Shown: in pieces, positions 1 to 10,015 of the stretch
How positions within the stretch are numbered: the stretch's first letter is position 1
Layout: the number at the start of each line of letters is the position of its first letter
Source of the DNA: Escherichia phage EcoM2
Sequence record: PQ818761.1
Reading direction: 5' to 3' (one strand)
Length of the DNA: 64,000 nt
The notes under the pieces: generated by a model
Told to the model about the DNA's origin: nothing
Database searches by the model: none
The model's input: the letters and a program-made list of their open reading frames with translations, nothing else
Made by a program: the position numbers and the translations under genes

Positions 1-843
1 AATCAAGAAGTATGAACGGTGACAACACTCATAGAAGGAGTCTTCAGAGATTGAACGGTACATTGCACCTTCAAACTTAGCTTCAACCCACTTATCATGA
101 GCTTCATCAAACTCTTCCCAAGAATTTACACGACGAGACTTAACAGGAACAACTTTACAGCCGTCTCTAAAGTCATTCAATGGTGAAGTCTCAATAATAT
201 CTCTACGCTCAGGCCACGTCTTAGTACTGTCACAGATATCGTACCAGTAAAACTTGAGCAAGTGTCTGTCAGGATTGTCTTCATTTTTAATCATGGAGAC
301 AATATCCTCTAAGTCCCAGCCATGAGCATAAATCTCACCATCAAATTCATCAACATCTTTGTGGAGCCTTAACATTGCCATAATGTCAGGTATTAGTTCG
401 GTAGGGATTTTGTAAACAGTATTTTCACGAGAGTATGCTGTGAATACACTGCCAATACTTAAGTGCCTTGAAATCCTACAACGGACACCATCAAGTTTCG
501 GTTGAGCATCAGCAGGGAACTTCAGATACTTTGCATGACTAACCTTTGCAGCATCATGAGCAAGCTGCACACCTACCTTCTCAGTATTCTGTGCAGACTC
601 TTTTGTGTAAGCATAACCTTTGCGGTCAACCTGCTTTTTATACTTAGCAGCAACTTCAAAGAGAGCTTGCTGTTCAGCGTTACGCTCATTCTTTTTACCG
701 ATGTTTTTAGGTTCTGCTGTATACTCTTCAAACATCATCTTGCCATTTTCTTTACCGTAGGTTGTAATAACTTTGTCACCTACAGCAACGCATGACCAGA
801 CGTTAAAAGAGCCATCTTTATTTTGTTTGTACAGAATTGTCAT
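1..843 (-). CDS. ATP-dependent DNA ligase (partial, runs off window start)
   Basis: Minus-strand reading frame starting at rc-ATG 841-843 and still open at position 1. My manual translation reads MTILYKQNKDGSFNVWSCVAV... and, around 481-543, ...VSHAKYLKFPADAQPKLDGVR, i.e. a KxDGxR nucleotidyltransferase motif I. Absent from ORF track because no stop lies in the window. Confidence 0.55.
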   Translation of the reverse strand, partial: MTILYKQNKDGSFNVWSCVAVGDKVITTYGKENGKMMFEEYTAEPKNIGKKNERNAEQQALFEVAAKYKKQVDRKGYAYTKESAQNTEKVGVQLAHDAAKVSHAKYLKFPADAQPKLDGVRCRISRHLSIGSVFTAYSRENTVYKIPTELIPDIMAMLRLHKDVDEFDGEIYAHGWDLEDIVSMIKNEDNPDRHLLKFYWYDICDSTKTWPERRDIIETSPLNDFRDGCKVVPVKSRRVNSWEEFDEAHDKWVEAKFEGAMYRSISEDSFYECCHRSYFLI

Positions 844-1036
844 TTTTAACCTCTGAGTGATACCAAGTGTAACAAGCATTACATGCGTAAAGCTCTAAGT
901 CATTTTTATCTGGTTTATGGAAACAGTTTGACCCACAACGACACCGGAATAGTTTACCATCAACACGAAGAATGAATGTTTCAAGCTCACCATCTTCTGT
1001 AAGAACTGCGTTCTTAAATTTATCTTCTACAGTCAT
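818..1036 (-). CDS. small Cys-rich (zinc-ribbon-like) protein
   Basis: 72 aa ORF with CRCGSNC...CNAC cysteine pairs; same strand as neighbours. Confidence 0.4.
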   Translation of the reverse strand: MTVEDKFKNAVLTEDGELETFILRVDGKLFRCRCGSNCFHKPDKNDLELYACNACYTWYHSEVKNDNSVQTK

Positions 1037-1239
1037 TTTCTCTTACCACCAATCTCTACGTCAATCACTTGAACATCACCAGCAACATCAAACTTATGAA
1101 TGATGCTTTCCACAGTGTAAGTCCAACCCTCGATTCGAACCAACTCACCTTCTCGTGGGACGATTGGGTTACGTTGAGCTACGGTTGTAGTGGAGTGAAC
1201 AACATCATAACAGTAGATATAGTTTACTAGGACTTCCAT
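1033..1239 (-). CDS. hypothetical protein
   Basis: ORF-track ORF 1033..1338 trimmed to internal ATG at 1239, which has a GAGG RBS upstream and avoids overlap with the lipoprotein gene. Confidence 0.35.
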   Translation of the reverse strand: MEVLVNYIYCYDVVHSTTTVAQRNPIVPREGELVRIEGWTYTVESIIHKFDVAGDVQVIDVEIGGKRK

Positions 1240-1249
1240 CTTGAAAACC

Positions 1250-1510
1250 TCACTCAATAACAGTAGTGTGTGATTGACCATTTTTGCCATAGCTATAAGA
1301 TGTTGTTGTTTGAGAGTTTGGGCATCTGACAACAACAATATCTCTGCTTATGGCATCACCATGTAACTTATAGACTCTGCAATCTTGCATCTCTGGTGGG
1401 AGGCTATAAGAAGCATTTTTGTCCTCGTAAGAGGGATTACAGCCAGATAGAAGGATAACACTAAGCACAATTACTGCTTTCCACATAATACTTCTCCTAT
1501 TACTGTTCAC
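1250..1510 (-). CDS. putative lipoprotein
   Basis: 86 aa; N-terminal signal peptide ending in lipobox LLSGC. Confidence 0.5.
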   Translation of the reverse strand: MNSNRRSIMWKAVIVLSVILLSGCNPSYEDKNASYSLPPEMQDCRVYKLHGDAISRDIVVVRCPNSQTTTSYSYGKNGQSHTTVIE

Positions 1511-1672
1511 GATGTTCTACTTCTCTGTACGTTCGTCGATAGTTTATAATAAGCTGTGCTAACTCGTTGCTTTTAACATCTGAACGTAGAAGTTGCCAAT
1601 CAAAACCTTTACCGACTCTTCCATACAAACTAAAGAATTTTACTTTGCGTTTCATTTTGGTATCTCCAATAC

Positions 1673-1885
1673 TCAGATGTCAATGCTAATACGTTCACCC
1701 TTAAGGACTCCTGTACGGTCCCTTGCAATCTTACCGTCAACAATAAGGATATGTGCAGACCTTAAAGATTCGCCATTAAAAGCTTTTACGAACTTACAAG
1801 GCATTACCACAATAGACATCTCCTGAATCAACTCTGGAGTATAGCAATTGTCGTGAAGTTGCTGAATAACGTCTGCAAGTGTCAT
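1673..1885 (-). CDS. hypothetical small protein (paralog A of tandem pair)
   Basis: MTLADVIQQL...DGKIARDRTGVLKGERISIDI aligns with the 2088..2306 product (MTL...GGKIAKDKTGYLKGERVNIE). Confidence 0.45.
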   Translation of the reverse strand: MTLADVIQQLHDNCYTPELIQEMSIVVMPCKFVKAFNGESLRSAHILIVDGKIARDRTGVLKGERISIDI

Positions 1886-2091
1886 TTTTGATGTCTCCAA
1901 TACTCAATGTCAATAAGTTCTTGTGTAATGCTTTTCAGATTACCTTTCAAGAAAACCTTCTCAGAACCTGAAAGAGATGAATTGTCAATTAACCTGTTCA
2001 TTCTCTCAAACAACTTCTGCTTACGATTCTTGATAGTTTCCTTTGAAGCACCTTTCATCATCGCTGCATGGGTTCTTCCACGGTGGCTCAT
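1882..2091 (-). CDS. hypothetical basic small protein
   Basis: 69 aa ORF sandwiched between the two paralogs; 4-nt overlaps suggest translational coupling. Confidence 0.4.
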   Translation of the reverse strand: MSHRGRTHAAMMKGASKETIKNRKQKLFERMNRLIDNSSLSGSEKVFLKGNLKSITQELIDIEYWRHQK

Positions 2092-2306
2092 ACTAAAGTC
2101 TCAATGTTTACACGCTCACCTTTTAAGTAGCCTGTCTTGTCTTTTGCGATTTTGCCTCCAGCAATAAAGATATCGACTCTACGTAGAACTTCAGGGTTTA
2201 CCTTCAAATTCCTACAGCTACTGCAAAGAACAATAAACATCCCTTCAATCTCTTTTTGAGAGTAACCAGCACATTGCAACTGAACTTCAATCTCTGAAAG
2301 TGTCAT
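2088..2306 (-). CDS. hypothetical small protein (paralog B of tandem pair)
   Basis: 72 aa; paralogous to 1673..1885 with shared C-terminal GKIA-D-TG-LKGER motif. Confidence 0.45.
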   Translation of the reverse strand: MTLSEIEVQLQCAGYSQKEIEGMFIVLCSSCRNLKVNPEVLRRVDIFIAGGKIAKDKTGYLKGERVNIETLV

Positions 2307-2367
2307 GTGACCTCCTATATAAGATATTGTATAAGGTACTCTTCCATGAGCACCTTGTCAATACTAA

Positions 2368-5067
2368 TTAGTGTACTTCAAGCCAGCTTTTGCCAACCTT
2401 ACCAGTACCTGTGACAAGTGTTTCTTTCTTAAGACCTAAGTTCTTAGAAGCTTGTCCATAATACCAGTCAGTAACTGCTTTCACCTCTGCCGTCATACTT
2501 TCTGGACATTCCCAACTTGTTTCATCGTGATATGCACAGAGTAAACGAGCACCAATAGCTGGTTTGCGACCATTCAACTTCATCAAGCCTTCGTCAATCA
2601 TACGACGACAAGCAAGGTTAATCGCCTCATTTTGAATCTGAGCCTCTGAACCCATCAAAAGATAGTTCAATAATTTGTGTGGAGATTTACACCACAACCA
2701 AGCTCCAGCAACCTTTACAAAACCACCTTTAGAGATTGCAGCGGTCTTACCAAACACCTCTTCAAGTGCCTTTTTAGTTGCTTTGTAGTCAGCTTCCAAG
2801 TTATCTAATAGCTTCTTAATTTTAGGCAAACGGATAAAGTAAGTCTGTTTAGTCAGCGCACCTTCCTGAGTAGTCGCAGCTTTAATCGTCTTAGCAAACT
2901 TCTCATCACCTGCACCGAATAGCAGTGCATAGATACCATTCTTAGCTTTCTTACGACCTTTGCTAATCTCATGAAGAAGATTCTCATCCTGAGTAGCTCG
3001 ACAAGTCAAGATGTCCTGCTCATCGTTCAAGCTAAAGTAGATACTGTTCAGTGTATGTGCATCAGTCCCTGAATAGACAACGTACAGGTCATTCTCAGAG
3101 TCATAGCGAAGGTACTTATCAATCTCTGGGTTTAGGTACTCATCAAAATGTTTGCAGTAATAGCGTCCATCTTCTTGACGAATGAACTCAATCTCTTCTT
3201 TACCTTGCGTTACCGCTTTGGTGAAGTCTTTGTCACCCATAAAGTTACAAAGGAGAACTAGCTGGGCTGAGTTCATGTCTACAGAGACAACGTTAGTACC
3301 TTCTTCACAAATCCACACTGCCCTCATTGGTTCCCCATAGACAGCAGCACCAGATGGTACGTTTACAATACCATATTGTGTCATACGTCCAGTTGAAGTA
3401 CCAAACACCATTGCACCAGCACTAAGGCGACCATCGGGACGAATCTGGTTCAACCAACCTTTTTCATCATCCTTTGAGTTCTCAATAGTTCTGCGTCGGT
3501 GCATCAAAGTATAGTACTTAGCAATCTTCTGTCCAAGTTCACCTTCAATCGTATCATAAGATGATTCAGTAAGTTTTGGTGAAGTACGGATTAAGCAAGG
3601 CTCAAGCAAATCTGTGTATTTCTTCACAGACCAGTTATGCTCAATGTACTGGACACCTTCATGTTCAACATAACTTAAACCACATCGTTCCACCATTTCC
3701 TGCCACTTAGGATGTTTTGTAATCATCTTTTTATTGTCTTTGAAACGACAAACTTTGACAGGGCGACCGTCTGAGTCTTTCTTGTAGTTCCAGTCATCTG
3801 GAATCCAACCAACTGATTTCAAGTAGTCTTTAACAACTGCTACCTGAGTCATACGAGAAACTTCAAACTCAATTGGTGTATATGGTGCATCAATCAAACC
3901 TGTGTAGCGACTTGACTCAAGTTCAAAGTGGTTAACAACGTGGCTGTTATAGTACTTCACAGTTTTGACTGTTTTTACTGGCTTCCAGTCTTTGCACTTC
4001 TTACCAATCTTTGCATTCAACTCATTGCAAATTGCACGAGCATCCTTCATTGCTACAAAACCTTCCTTGTACTCTTCACCAGTTACAGAGTTGGTTGGTG
4101 TATAGCAATTTCTCTTTTCAATGTTAAAAATCTTCGTAGTTGGCTTACCAAATGGTTTGATTTCGTATGTCTGCATCTCACCATTACGTACCTGCTGACG
4201 ATACTTTGTCTTAGGGTACTTGGTAATTCTTTTCAGTCCATCTGCATGACCAAATGTTTCAACATACTCATTCCAAGCTTTTGCAAACTCTTCTCCAGTG
4301 ACTTTACCTTTGGTCTTAATAGTTGGAGGTAGATGTGGTTCAACCTCTGAAGCAAGCTCATTAGTCAACTTGTCAAGTTCCTTTACATGGAACTCCATAA
4401 GCTCTTTATCAGCTTTCCAACCATTGATAGCTTGCTGGCTCATCCAGAAAGATGTCTCTTTAGCTCGCATGTAGGTTTCATAAGTGTCTATGCCACACTT
4501 CTTAAGCTTGAGATACTCGTTATCAAGTGCCCGTTTAGTTTTGGCGTTAATACGGATATCTTCTACAACACGAGTGAAGATTTCTGCATTCCACACACCC
4601 CAATGCTCAATCTCTGGCTTACGAACACCAACACGAGCACCCCATGCAGCCAAGCCATGAGCACCTTTATAACCCTTTGGAGTTGGTCTATCCATCCACT
4701 GAACACGAGACTGGATAAGAGAATCCTGAAAGAAATTACTCCACGGCTTACACTTTGGATTATCAAAGTTCCATAAATCAGGTGCAATGTGATTAAAAAC
4801 CCACCAGTCATAACCGAGACCGTTATGGATGCAAAGACGTTTCGCCTTTAATGCAAACTCAATACCTTCACGCAAACCACCCTTAATGTACTTGGTGTAC
4901 TTGTGACCGAGGATAGGCTCATCTGTAAAAACCCATACAGGTGGCTCTTCATCATCAGATTTATAGTCTGCGAAAGCCATTACGTGCACTTTAGTGAACT
5001 CAAGGAGTAAACCATCAGTTTCTGTATCACCAACTAAATGTAAGTTTTTAAAATCTACGTTTTCCAT
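2368..5067 (-). CDS. DNA polymerase, family A, with 3'-5' exonuclease domain
   Basis: 909 aa ORF (track 2368..5097). N-terminus has VGDTETDG (exo I-like); C-terminal region has YALLFGAGDEKFAKT and AYHDETSWECP, matching Pol A motifs B and C. GAGGGAG RBS precedes the third ATG at 5067. Confidence 0.9.
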   Translation of the reverse strand: MENVDFKNLHLVGDTETDGLLLEFTKVHVMAFADYKSDDEEPPVWVFTDEPILGHKYTKYIKGGLREGIEFALKAKRLCIHNGLGYDWWVFNHIAPDLWNFDNPKCKPWSNFFQDSLIQSRVQWMDRPTPKGYKGAHGLAAWGARVGVRKPEIEHWGVWNAEIFTRVVEDIRINAKTKRALDNEYLKLKKCGIDTYETYMRAKETSFWMSQQAINGWKADKELMEFHVKELDKLTNELASEVEPHLPPTIKTKGKVTGEEFAKAWNEYVETFGHADGLKRITKYPKTKYRQQVRNGEMQTYEIKPFGKPTTKIFNIEKRNCYTPTNSVTGEEYKEGFVAMKDARAICNELNAKIGKKCKDWKPVKTVKTVKYYNSHVVNHFELESSRYTGLIDAPYTPIEFEVSRMTQVAVVKDYLKSVGWIPDDWNYKKDSDGRPVKVCRFKDNKKMITKHPKWQEMVERCGLSYVEHEGVQYIEHNWSVKKYTDLLEPCLIRTSPKLTESSYDTIEGELGQKIAKYYTLMHRRRTIENSKDDEKGWLNQIRPDGRLSAGAMVFGTSTGRMTQYGIVNVPSGAAVYGEPMRAVWICEEGTNVVSVDMNSAQLVLLCNFMGDKDFTKAVTQGKEEIEFIRQEDGRYYCKHFDEYLNPEIDKYLRYDSENDLYVVYSGTDAHTLNSIYFSLNDEQDILTCRATQDENLLHEISKGRKKAKNGIYALLFGAGDEKFAKTIKAATTQEGALTKQTYFIRLPKIKKLLDNLEADYKATKKALEEVFGKTAAISKGGFVKVAGAWLWCKSPHKLLNYLLMGSEAQIQNEAINLACRRMIDEGLMKLNGRKPAIGARLLCAYHDETSWECPESMTAEVKAVTDWYYGQASKNLGLKKETLVTGTGKVGKSWLEVH

Positions 5068-5324
5068 TTTTACTCCCTCTAAAATCATTAACCTCATACA
5101 TTACTGCAAAAAATTATAAAAAGCAAGTTGACAATGTACTTGACAAGGTGTTAATCTTTGCGAAGTGGGTTTTTACTTAAAAGGTTACTTAACAGTTTAA
5201 CTATACAGATACTTTAAAACTCTTAAAAGATTATTTAATAGCTTTTAAAAAGCTTTAAAGTATAACGTATAGAATACGTTAAGATAAAAGATTAAAACTT
5301 AATAGTTACTTAAAAGAGGCTTAC

Positions 5325-5747
5325 ATGCAGAAAATGTTTGTTCACCCAGACATAGCTGACTTTGTTAGAGCTTTGCAGAAGTTGGAAGAACTTGACATTG
5401 CTGCTCAACGGGAATATGCTCACCATCACAGGAGAATGGTTGATATACAACATGAAATAGAGTTGTCTGAAAACTATGAAGATGACTTAAAATGCTCTGT
5501 ATTTGAGCATATGAAAGATGTTGCTACAGCTAGACGTAAAGCTAAAGACACAGTTGCTTTACTAGATTCTCTTAAAAAGAGGTTGCAAAGTGGTACAGAC
5601 CTGTGTAATCTAGCGTCACTGATTAATGATGTTGAAACTTCTTGGGATAGACATTACTATCCACGTTCTGAAAAGACACTTGACTTTTCTTCATCCGAAA
5701 ACTTAAAATGTTCTAGAAAGAAACTTAACCAACTGAGAGAGAAATAA
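5325..5747 (+). CDS. hypothetical protein
   Basis: 140 aa ORF; first gene of rightward block diverging from the polymerase gene; RBS AGAGG upstream. Confidence 0.5.
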   Translation: MQKMFVHPDIADFVRALQKLEELDIAAQREYAHHHRRMVDIQHEIELSENYEDDLKCSVFEHMKDVATARRKAKDTVALLDSLKKRLQSGTDLCNLASLINDVETSWDRHYYPRSEKTLDFSSSENLKCSRKKLNQLREK

Positions 5748-5748
5748 T

Positions 5749-6549
5749 ATGAATATCGATGTAGAAAAGATGCTTGAAGAAAAAGGTATTGACGAAGCTT
5801 TCTTAATCAATGCCGTAGAAAGCATGGCTATGATTCTTCGTGGGAACAACTACACAGAACGGTTTATGCCTGCAAGCTATAACTTGCCTGAAGACAAGTC
5901 TGATAACGGTGCTTTTGTAGAACAGGTTAACATGATGCTTTGCGACAAAACACTTGCTCTGGCATCTATTGCGGTTGGTGTTGATGCTCTTGCAGAGTTC
6001 ATTTTTTATGAGATGCAGAGAAATGACTATATCAGGATGTCAGACGAAGATAAGGAACTGTTGCTGACTAAGGACACTGATTTCATTATTGATACACTTA
6101 TCTCATCAACAAGTGCTGTTATGGCTGTTCTTGAGAAGCGTATGGAAGAGAAACTTTCACGATATGAAAAACTTGAATGGGGCGTAGAAGAATTAAGCCC
6201 ACGAATCAAAGAAATTATCCAGCAAACTAAAGAGTCTTTGGAAGAAGCTGTTGAAAATGACTCTGTAGCTGATATAGAACCTCTTCAGGTGAAAGTTGCA
6301 CTGATGATTCCAGCTATCTCTACGATGATGAATATCGTTGCACTAATCCAACTTTCACAGATGATGGGTGTGAGTATTGAGTTCATTGAAGAGATGACTG
6401 GTGGCGTCAGTATGCAAGCAATCAATGATGTTTTGGTGAACATTGGTGCTTCCATCATTGAAGAGAAACTACGCATTAACTTCGGTGATGATTTTGTGAA
6501 GCAACTCTCAGCTATGGCTGAAAAAGAGTCTGCTGTGCAACTGAACTAA
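5749..6549 (+). CDS. hypothetical protein
   Basis: 266 aa ORF tightly following the previous gene; followed by a hairpin plus T-run. Confidence 0.55.
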   Translation: MNIDVEKMLEEKGIDEAFLINAVESMAMILRGNNYTERFMPASYNLPEDKSDNGAFVEQVNMMLCDKTLALASIAVGVDALAEFIFYEMQRNDYIRMSDEDKELLLTKDTDFIIDTLISSTSAVMAVLEKRMEEKLSRYEKLEWGVEELSPRIKEIIQQTKESLEEAVENDSVADIEPLQVKVALMIPAISTMMNIVALIQLSQMMGVSIEFIEEMTGGVSMQAINDVLVNIGASIIEEKLRINFGDDFVKQLSAMAEKESAVQLN

Positions 6550-6566
6550 GTCTTTATAAATCTTAC

Positions 6567-6595
6567 AAGCCTCCTTAGTTGGGGGCTTTTTAGTA
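6567..6595 (+). terminator. putative rho-independent terminator
   Basis: AGCCTCC-ttagtt-GGGGGCT stem-loop followed by TTTTT. Confidence 0.45.
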
Positions 6596-6610
6596 ATTAA
6601 TGGAGATAAA

Positions 6611-7354
6611 ATGAGTAATATTATCGCATTTACTGGAAAGGCACGTTCTGGAAAAGACACCTCATGTTCTATTGTGAAGAACATCTTAGAGGATGAGTAT
6701 GGCTACAATGTTGAAGTAATGGCCTTTGCAGACAACCTTAAACTATCTGCATCAAAGATATTTGACTTGACTTGGAATGACCTGTACGGTGAAACTAAAG
6801 AGACTCCACAGGTTTTTGACTTATCATATCCTGAACTGATGTTTAAAGTTACGGAAGCTATGGAGTTCACCTTCAGAGATGAACGTTACCATATGGACTT
6901 CAAGCTTATGTCAGAGTTAACCGGACGATTAATCATGGAGCTTAAGAAGGTTGCTAAACCTACCCTATTAACACGTCTGGGATTTAGTAAAAAGTATAAA
7001 TTCTCATCAAGACAAATTCAACAGATTTGGGGTACTGAAGTTGTCCGTAAAGTAATGGGCGACAAGTTCTGGTCTAAAGACCTTGAAAAAAGAATGGTTA
7101 GATTCCATGAAATGTGCTCACTTAGAAATCAATATGGTTTTGTCTTAATCAGTGATTTAAGATTTGACTCTGAAGCTGAATGGCTGAGTAGATTTGCACA
7201 CCAAACTATTGAAGTAAAAAGAGACAATGTGGACAAAGTTTCATCACATGTTTCAGAAAATGGGATTTCTACAAAATATGAGCGTGACATTATTCATAAT
7301 AATGGTACTCTTGCAGACCTTGAGAACAAGCTAAGAGCCATCATTAAAGTTTAA
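6611..7354 (+). CDS. deoxynucleoside monophosphate kinase
   Basis: N-terminus MSNIIAFTGKARSGKDTS is a P-loop closely resembling the T4 gp1 dNMP kinase N-terminus as I recall it; 247 aa. Confidence 0.75.
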   Translation: MSNIIAFTGKARSGKDTSCSIVKNILEDEYGYNVEVMAFADNLKLSASKIFDLTWNDLYGETKETPQVFDLSYPELMFKVTEAMEFTFRDERYHMDFKLMSELTGRLIMELKKVAKPTLLTRLGFSKKYKFSSRQIQQIWGTEVVRKVMGDKFWSKDLEKRMVRFHEMCSLRNQYGFVLISDLRFDSEAEWLSRFAHQTIEVKRDNVDKVSSHVSENGISTKYERDIIHNNGTLADLENKLRAIIKV

Positions 7355-7362
7355 AAGAGAGA

Positions 7363-7563
7363 ATGAAGATGAGAGTAAAAGACAATTTTAAAGTTATTGA
7401 CCACCGTTTAGTGGAACTCTCATCTCTTTCCAATGAGGTAATGATTGAACGTCTTAAGAGAGTTGAATCACGAAGGAAAGAGATTGCAGATGAAATTCAT
7501 GAACTGGACAAGATTGAAAATGGATTGAAGGCAGAACTACAACGAAGAGGTGCTAATGTCTAA
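7363..7563 (+). CDS. hypothetical coiled-coil protein
   Basis: 66 aa ORF. Confidence 0.4.
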   Translation: MKMRVKDNFKVIDHRLVELSSLSNEVMIERLKRVESRRKEIADEIHELDKIENGLKAELQRRGANV

Positions 7564-9541
7564 AGGTCGTAAATTGAAAGAGGCTGGTCAGTTTATTGGT
7601 CATTGTGCATGTCCACGTTGTGGTTCATCAGATGCTGGTTCAATCTATCATCATGACGATGATTCTTATTCGATGACTTGCTTTAGTTGTAACAAAGGTT
7701 TCCCAGAGTGGGATTTTGATAAAGGACAAATCGTGAGCACTTATTCTACTGGTTCAGACAATAAAAACCGTACTTTCCGTGGAATGGATTTAGACGATGT
7801 AAAAGAAAACCTTGAAGCAATGGACTTGAAAGACAGGAAGATTCCTGCAAAAGTTCTTGAGCGTTTGGGTATTAAGGTTGACATTGACAGTGATGGTGAA
7901 ATTGACGCGCATTTCTACCCAACTTACAAACGCAATGAAGATGGCAAGCTAGAGCATGTTGGCTACCGTGTTCGTCACCGTTACCCAGAAGACCATCCAA
8001 AAGAGCACCTACGAGGTAAGTTAAAAGACTTTTCTGGTGGTGTTGGAGACATTAAAGGTGAACTGGCAATGTTCGGTTCATGGATTGCTCCAGAAGGTGG
8101 TAACCGTCTATTCATCTGGGAAGGTGAGATGGAATGTGCGACAGCAATCTACATGACTTCTCTTGCGATTAAGGACAAATCTCGTCGTAAGAATTACTGT
8201 CACGTATCTGTTCCATCAGGTGCAAACATCAAGTCTATCAAAGATAACTATCAGTACATTACATCATTTGATGAGATTTACTTGTGCTTTGATAACGATG
8301 AAGCAGGTGCTAAAGCCACTAAAGAGGCTGCTGGTATCCTACCTATTGAGAAGGTTCGTTTATTCCAGTATCCAGAAGGCGTAAAAGACCTTAACGAGTG
8401 GTGGACAAAGTTCTATAAAGAGAAAGATACAGTTCTGGAAGGATTTAAGCAGCGTATCTACAATGCACCTCGTTACTGTCCTGCTGGTATCAAGAACTTT
8501 GCAGATGGTTTTGAGGCAATGAAGAATCGTGGTCAGATTCCATTGATTCCTTTCCCAGAATCTTTCGGAGATTTGAACAGGCTGACTTATGGTGGTTACG
8601 GTTTAGGTGAGATTACAACTATTGCAGCACCATCTTCAGTAGGTAAGTCAGCTTACACTCGTGAGATGATTTACTCAGCTTGGAAAGAAACTGATTATAA
8701 TATCGGTGTAATTCCTGTAGAAGATACCTATGAAGAGTTGATGGAGATGCTCTGTGCAATCCACCTGAGCAAGCAGATTTCTGAGATTCCTTATGATGAA
8801 CGGGATTGGGATGAATTAAAAGGAGCACACGCAGAACTATCTAAAGGCCGTCGTATCCATATCGTTGACCATCAAGGGGCAATTGACCAAGATAACCTGC
8901 TAGAGTTTGTTGACTATCTTGTTAACAGTTTAGACTGTAAGATTATCATTCTTGACCCTATCACGTTAGCCCTGTCACGTTCTGATACGGATGAAGAAGA
9001 AGTTTTGTCTGAGCTATTGCGTCGTTGCAAACGCTACCAGTATGCGCAGGTAAACGTATGTCACGTTCGTAAGAGTGCAGGTGGTCAGAAAGCTAACTCT
9101 GAAGGTGGAGATATCTCTGAAGAGGATATCAAAGGTTCTGGTGCGTATTTTCAGATTTCTATGAATAACATTCTGTTAATGCGTAACAAGGTTGACCCAG
9201 ACCCTGTTAAGAAAAACTTGACAAAAATTAAGTTAACTAAGTGTCGTCGTCATGGCAAGTCAACAGGTATTGCTGGTCATACTTGGTACAATCCAGACAC
9301 AGGACGTCTTATCAAAGCTTCTGGATGTGGTGTTGACATTGATGGTGCAGCAGAAAATATTCGTCAACAGTTTGGTATTGGTGAAGCCGAAGACCATTAT
9401 GACGACTCTTTGCCTCATTATGAGGATGAAGTGTTTGACCGTGAAACTGGTGAAGTCTATACTGAAGAACAGCGTCAAAGCTCAACGATTCCACCTGTAT
9501 TAAGTGAGGATGCAGATGACTGCCCGTTCGAAACTGAGTGA
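7556..9541 (+). CDS. DNA primase-helicase (T7 gp4-like)
   Basis: N-terminal zinc ribbon (CPRCGSSD...CFSCNKG), TOPRIM-like IWEGEMECATAIY, and DnaB-type Walker A APSSVGKSAYTREM. ORF track starts at GTG 7550; ATG at 7556 has a GAAGAGG RBS. Confidence 0.85.
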   Translation: MSKGRKLKEAGQFIGHCACPRCGSSDAGSIYHHDDDSYSMTCFSCNKGFPEWDFDKGQIVSTYSTGSDNKNRTFRGMDLDDVKENLEAMDLKDRKIPAKVLERLGIKVDIDSDGEIDAHFYPTYKRNEDGKLEHVGYRVRHRYPEDHPKEHLRGKLKDFSGGVGDIKGELAMFGSWIAPEGGNRLFIWEGEMECATAIYMTSLAIKDKSRRKNYCHVSVPSGANIKSIKDNYQYITSFDEIYLCFDNDEAGAKATKEAAGILPIEKVRLFQYPEGVKDLNEWWTKFYKEKDTVLEGFKQRIYNAPRYCPAGIKNFADGFEAMKNRGQIPLIPFPESFGDLNRLTYGGYGLGEITTIAAPSSVGKSAYTREMIYSAWKETDYNIGVIPVEDTYEELMEMLCAIHLSKQISEIPYDERDWDELKGAHAELSKGRRIHIVDHQGAIDQDNLLEFVDYLVNSLDCKIIILDPITLALSRSDTDEEEVLSELLRRCKRYQYAQVNVCHVRKSAGGQKANSEGGDISEEDIKGSGAYFQISMNNILLMRNKVDPDPVKKNLTKIKLTKCRRHGKSTGIAGHTWYNPDTGRLIKASGCGVDIDGAAENIRQQFGIGEAEDHYDDSLPHYEDEVFDRETGEVYTEEQRQSSTIPPVLSEDADDCPFETE

Positions 9542-9797
9542 TAGCTATAAAAGAGAGGGGTTCATACCCTTCTTTGAAGAAAAAAGTTTAAATAAATTTC
9601 AGGAAGAGTGTTTGACAAAGGTTGATAGGTTCTATAGAATGCTCTACATGAAATGTGATGGGGATATCGAAGTAGAGAAAAAGTCCTATCACAATACTGT
9701 CACAGTCATCATCACTATACCTGAACATAATATTGGTTGGCTGTTTGTAATAAAAGAAAATGTGTTTGAATATCAAGTATATCGGAGAATATCATGA
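9504..9797 (+). CDS. hypothetical protein
   Basis: 97 aa ORF overlapping the primase-helicase 3' end; true start uncertain. Confidence 0.3.
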   Translation: MRMQMTARSKLSDSYKREGFIPFFEEKSLNKFQEECLTKVDRFYRMLYMKCDGDIEVEKKSYHNTVTVIITIPEHNIGWLFVIKENVFEYQVYRRIS

Positions 9798-9943
9798 AAC
9801 ACTCTAAAGCATTTGAAAAAGTTTTTGGGGATTCCTTAAAAGCCACTGCTGGAAAACCAGCAAAATACTATGAAGAGAAGCGTGTAAGAACTGGAAAAAC
9901 TGCACGTAAAGCAGCTTCTAAAGATAAGCACAACTTCCAGTAA
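9794..9943 (+). CDS. hypothetical small basic protein
   Basis: 49-codon ORF (below ORF-track cutoff) with GGAGAA RBS and ATGA stop/start overlap with the preceding ORF. Confidence 0.3.
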   Translation: MKHSKAFEKVFGDSLKATAGKPAKYYEEKRVRTGKTARKAASKDKHNFQ

Positions 9944-10015
9944 TTAATATTTGACAATAGAGTATCAACAAATTAGAATTGGTACTCTTCATAAATTGAG
10001 ATAGAGGTTTAAATA

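Noticed and set aside
502-795. 97 aa + strand ORF from the ORF track
   Set aside because: Low-complexity, Cys/Leu/Phe-rich translation lying entirely inside the opposite-strand DNA ligase reading frame; treated as a shadow ORF.
3928-4811. Nested ORFs 3928..4332 (+), 4387..4776 (+) and 4563..4811 (-) inside the DNA polymerase gene
   Set aside because: They lie wholly within, or antisense to, a well-supported 900 aa polymerase ORF and have low-complexity translations; judged spurious. The same reasoning applies to other nested ORFs inside nrdA, nrdD, NAMPT, rIIA, primase-helicase and terminase.
5130-5160. Tandem TTGACA boxes (TTGACAatgtacTTGACAAGGTG) as a defined sigma70 promoter, with a similar pair at 50855-50880
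   Set aside because: No convincing -10 hexamer at 16-18 bp spacing from either -35 box by my reading; recorded as a recurring motif, not a called promoter.
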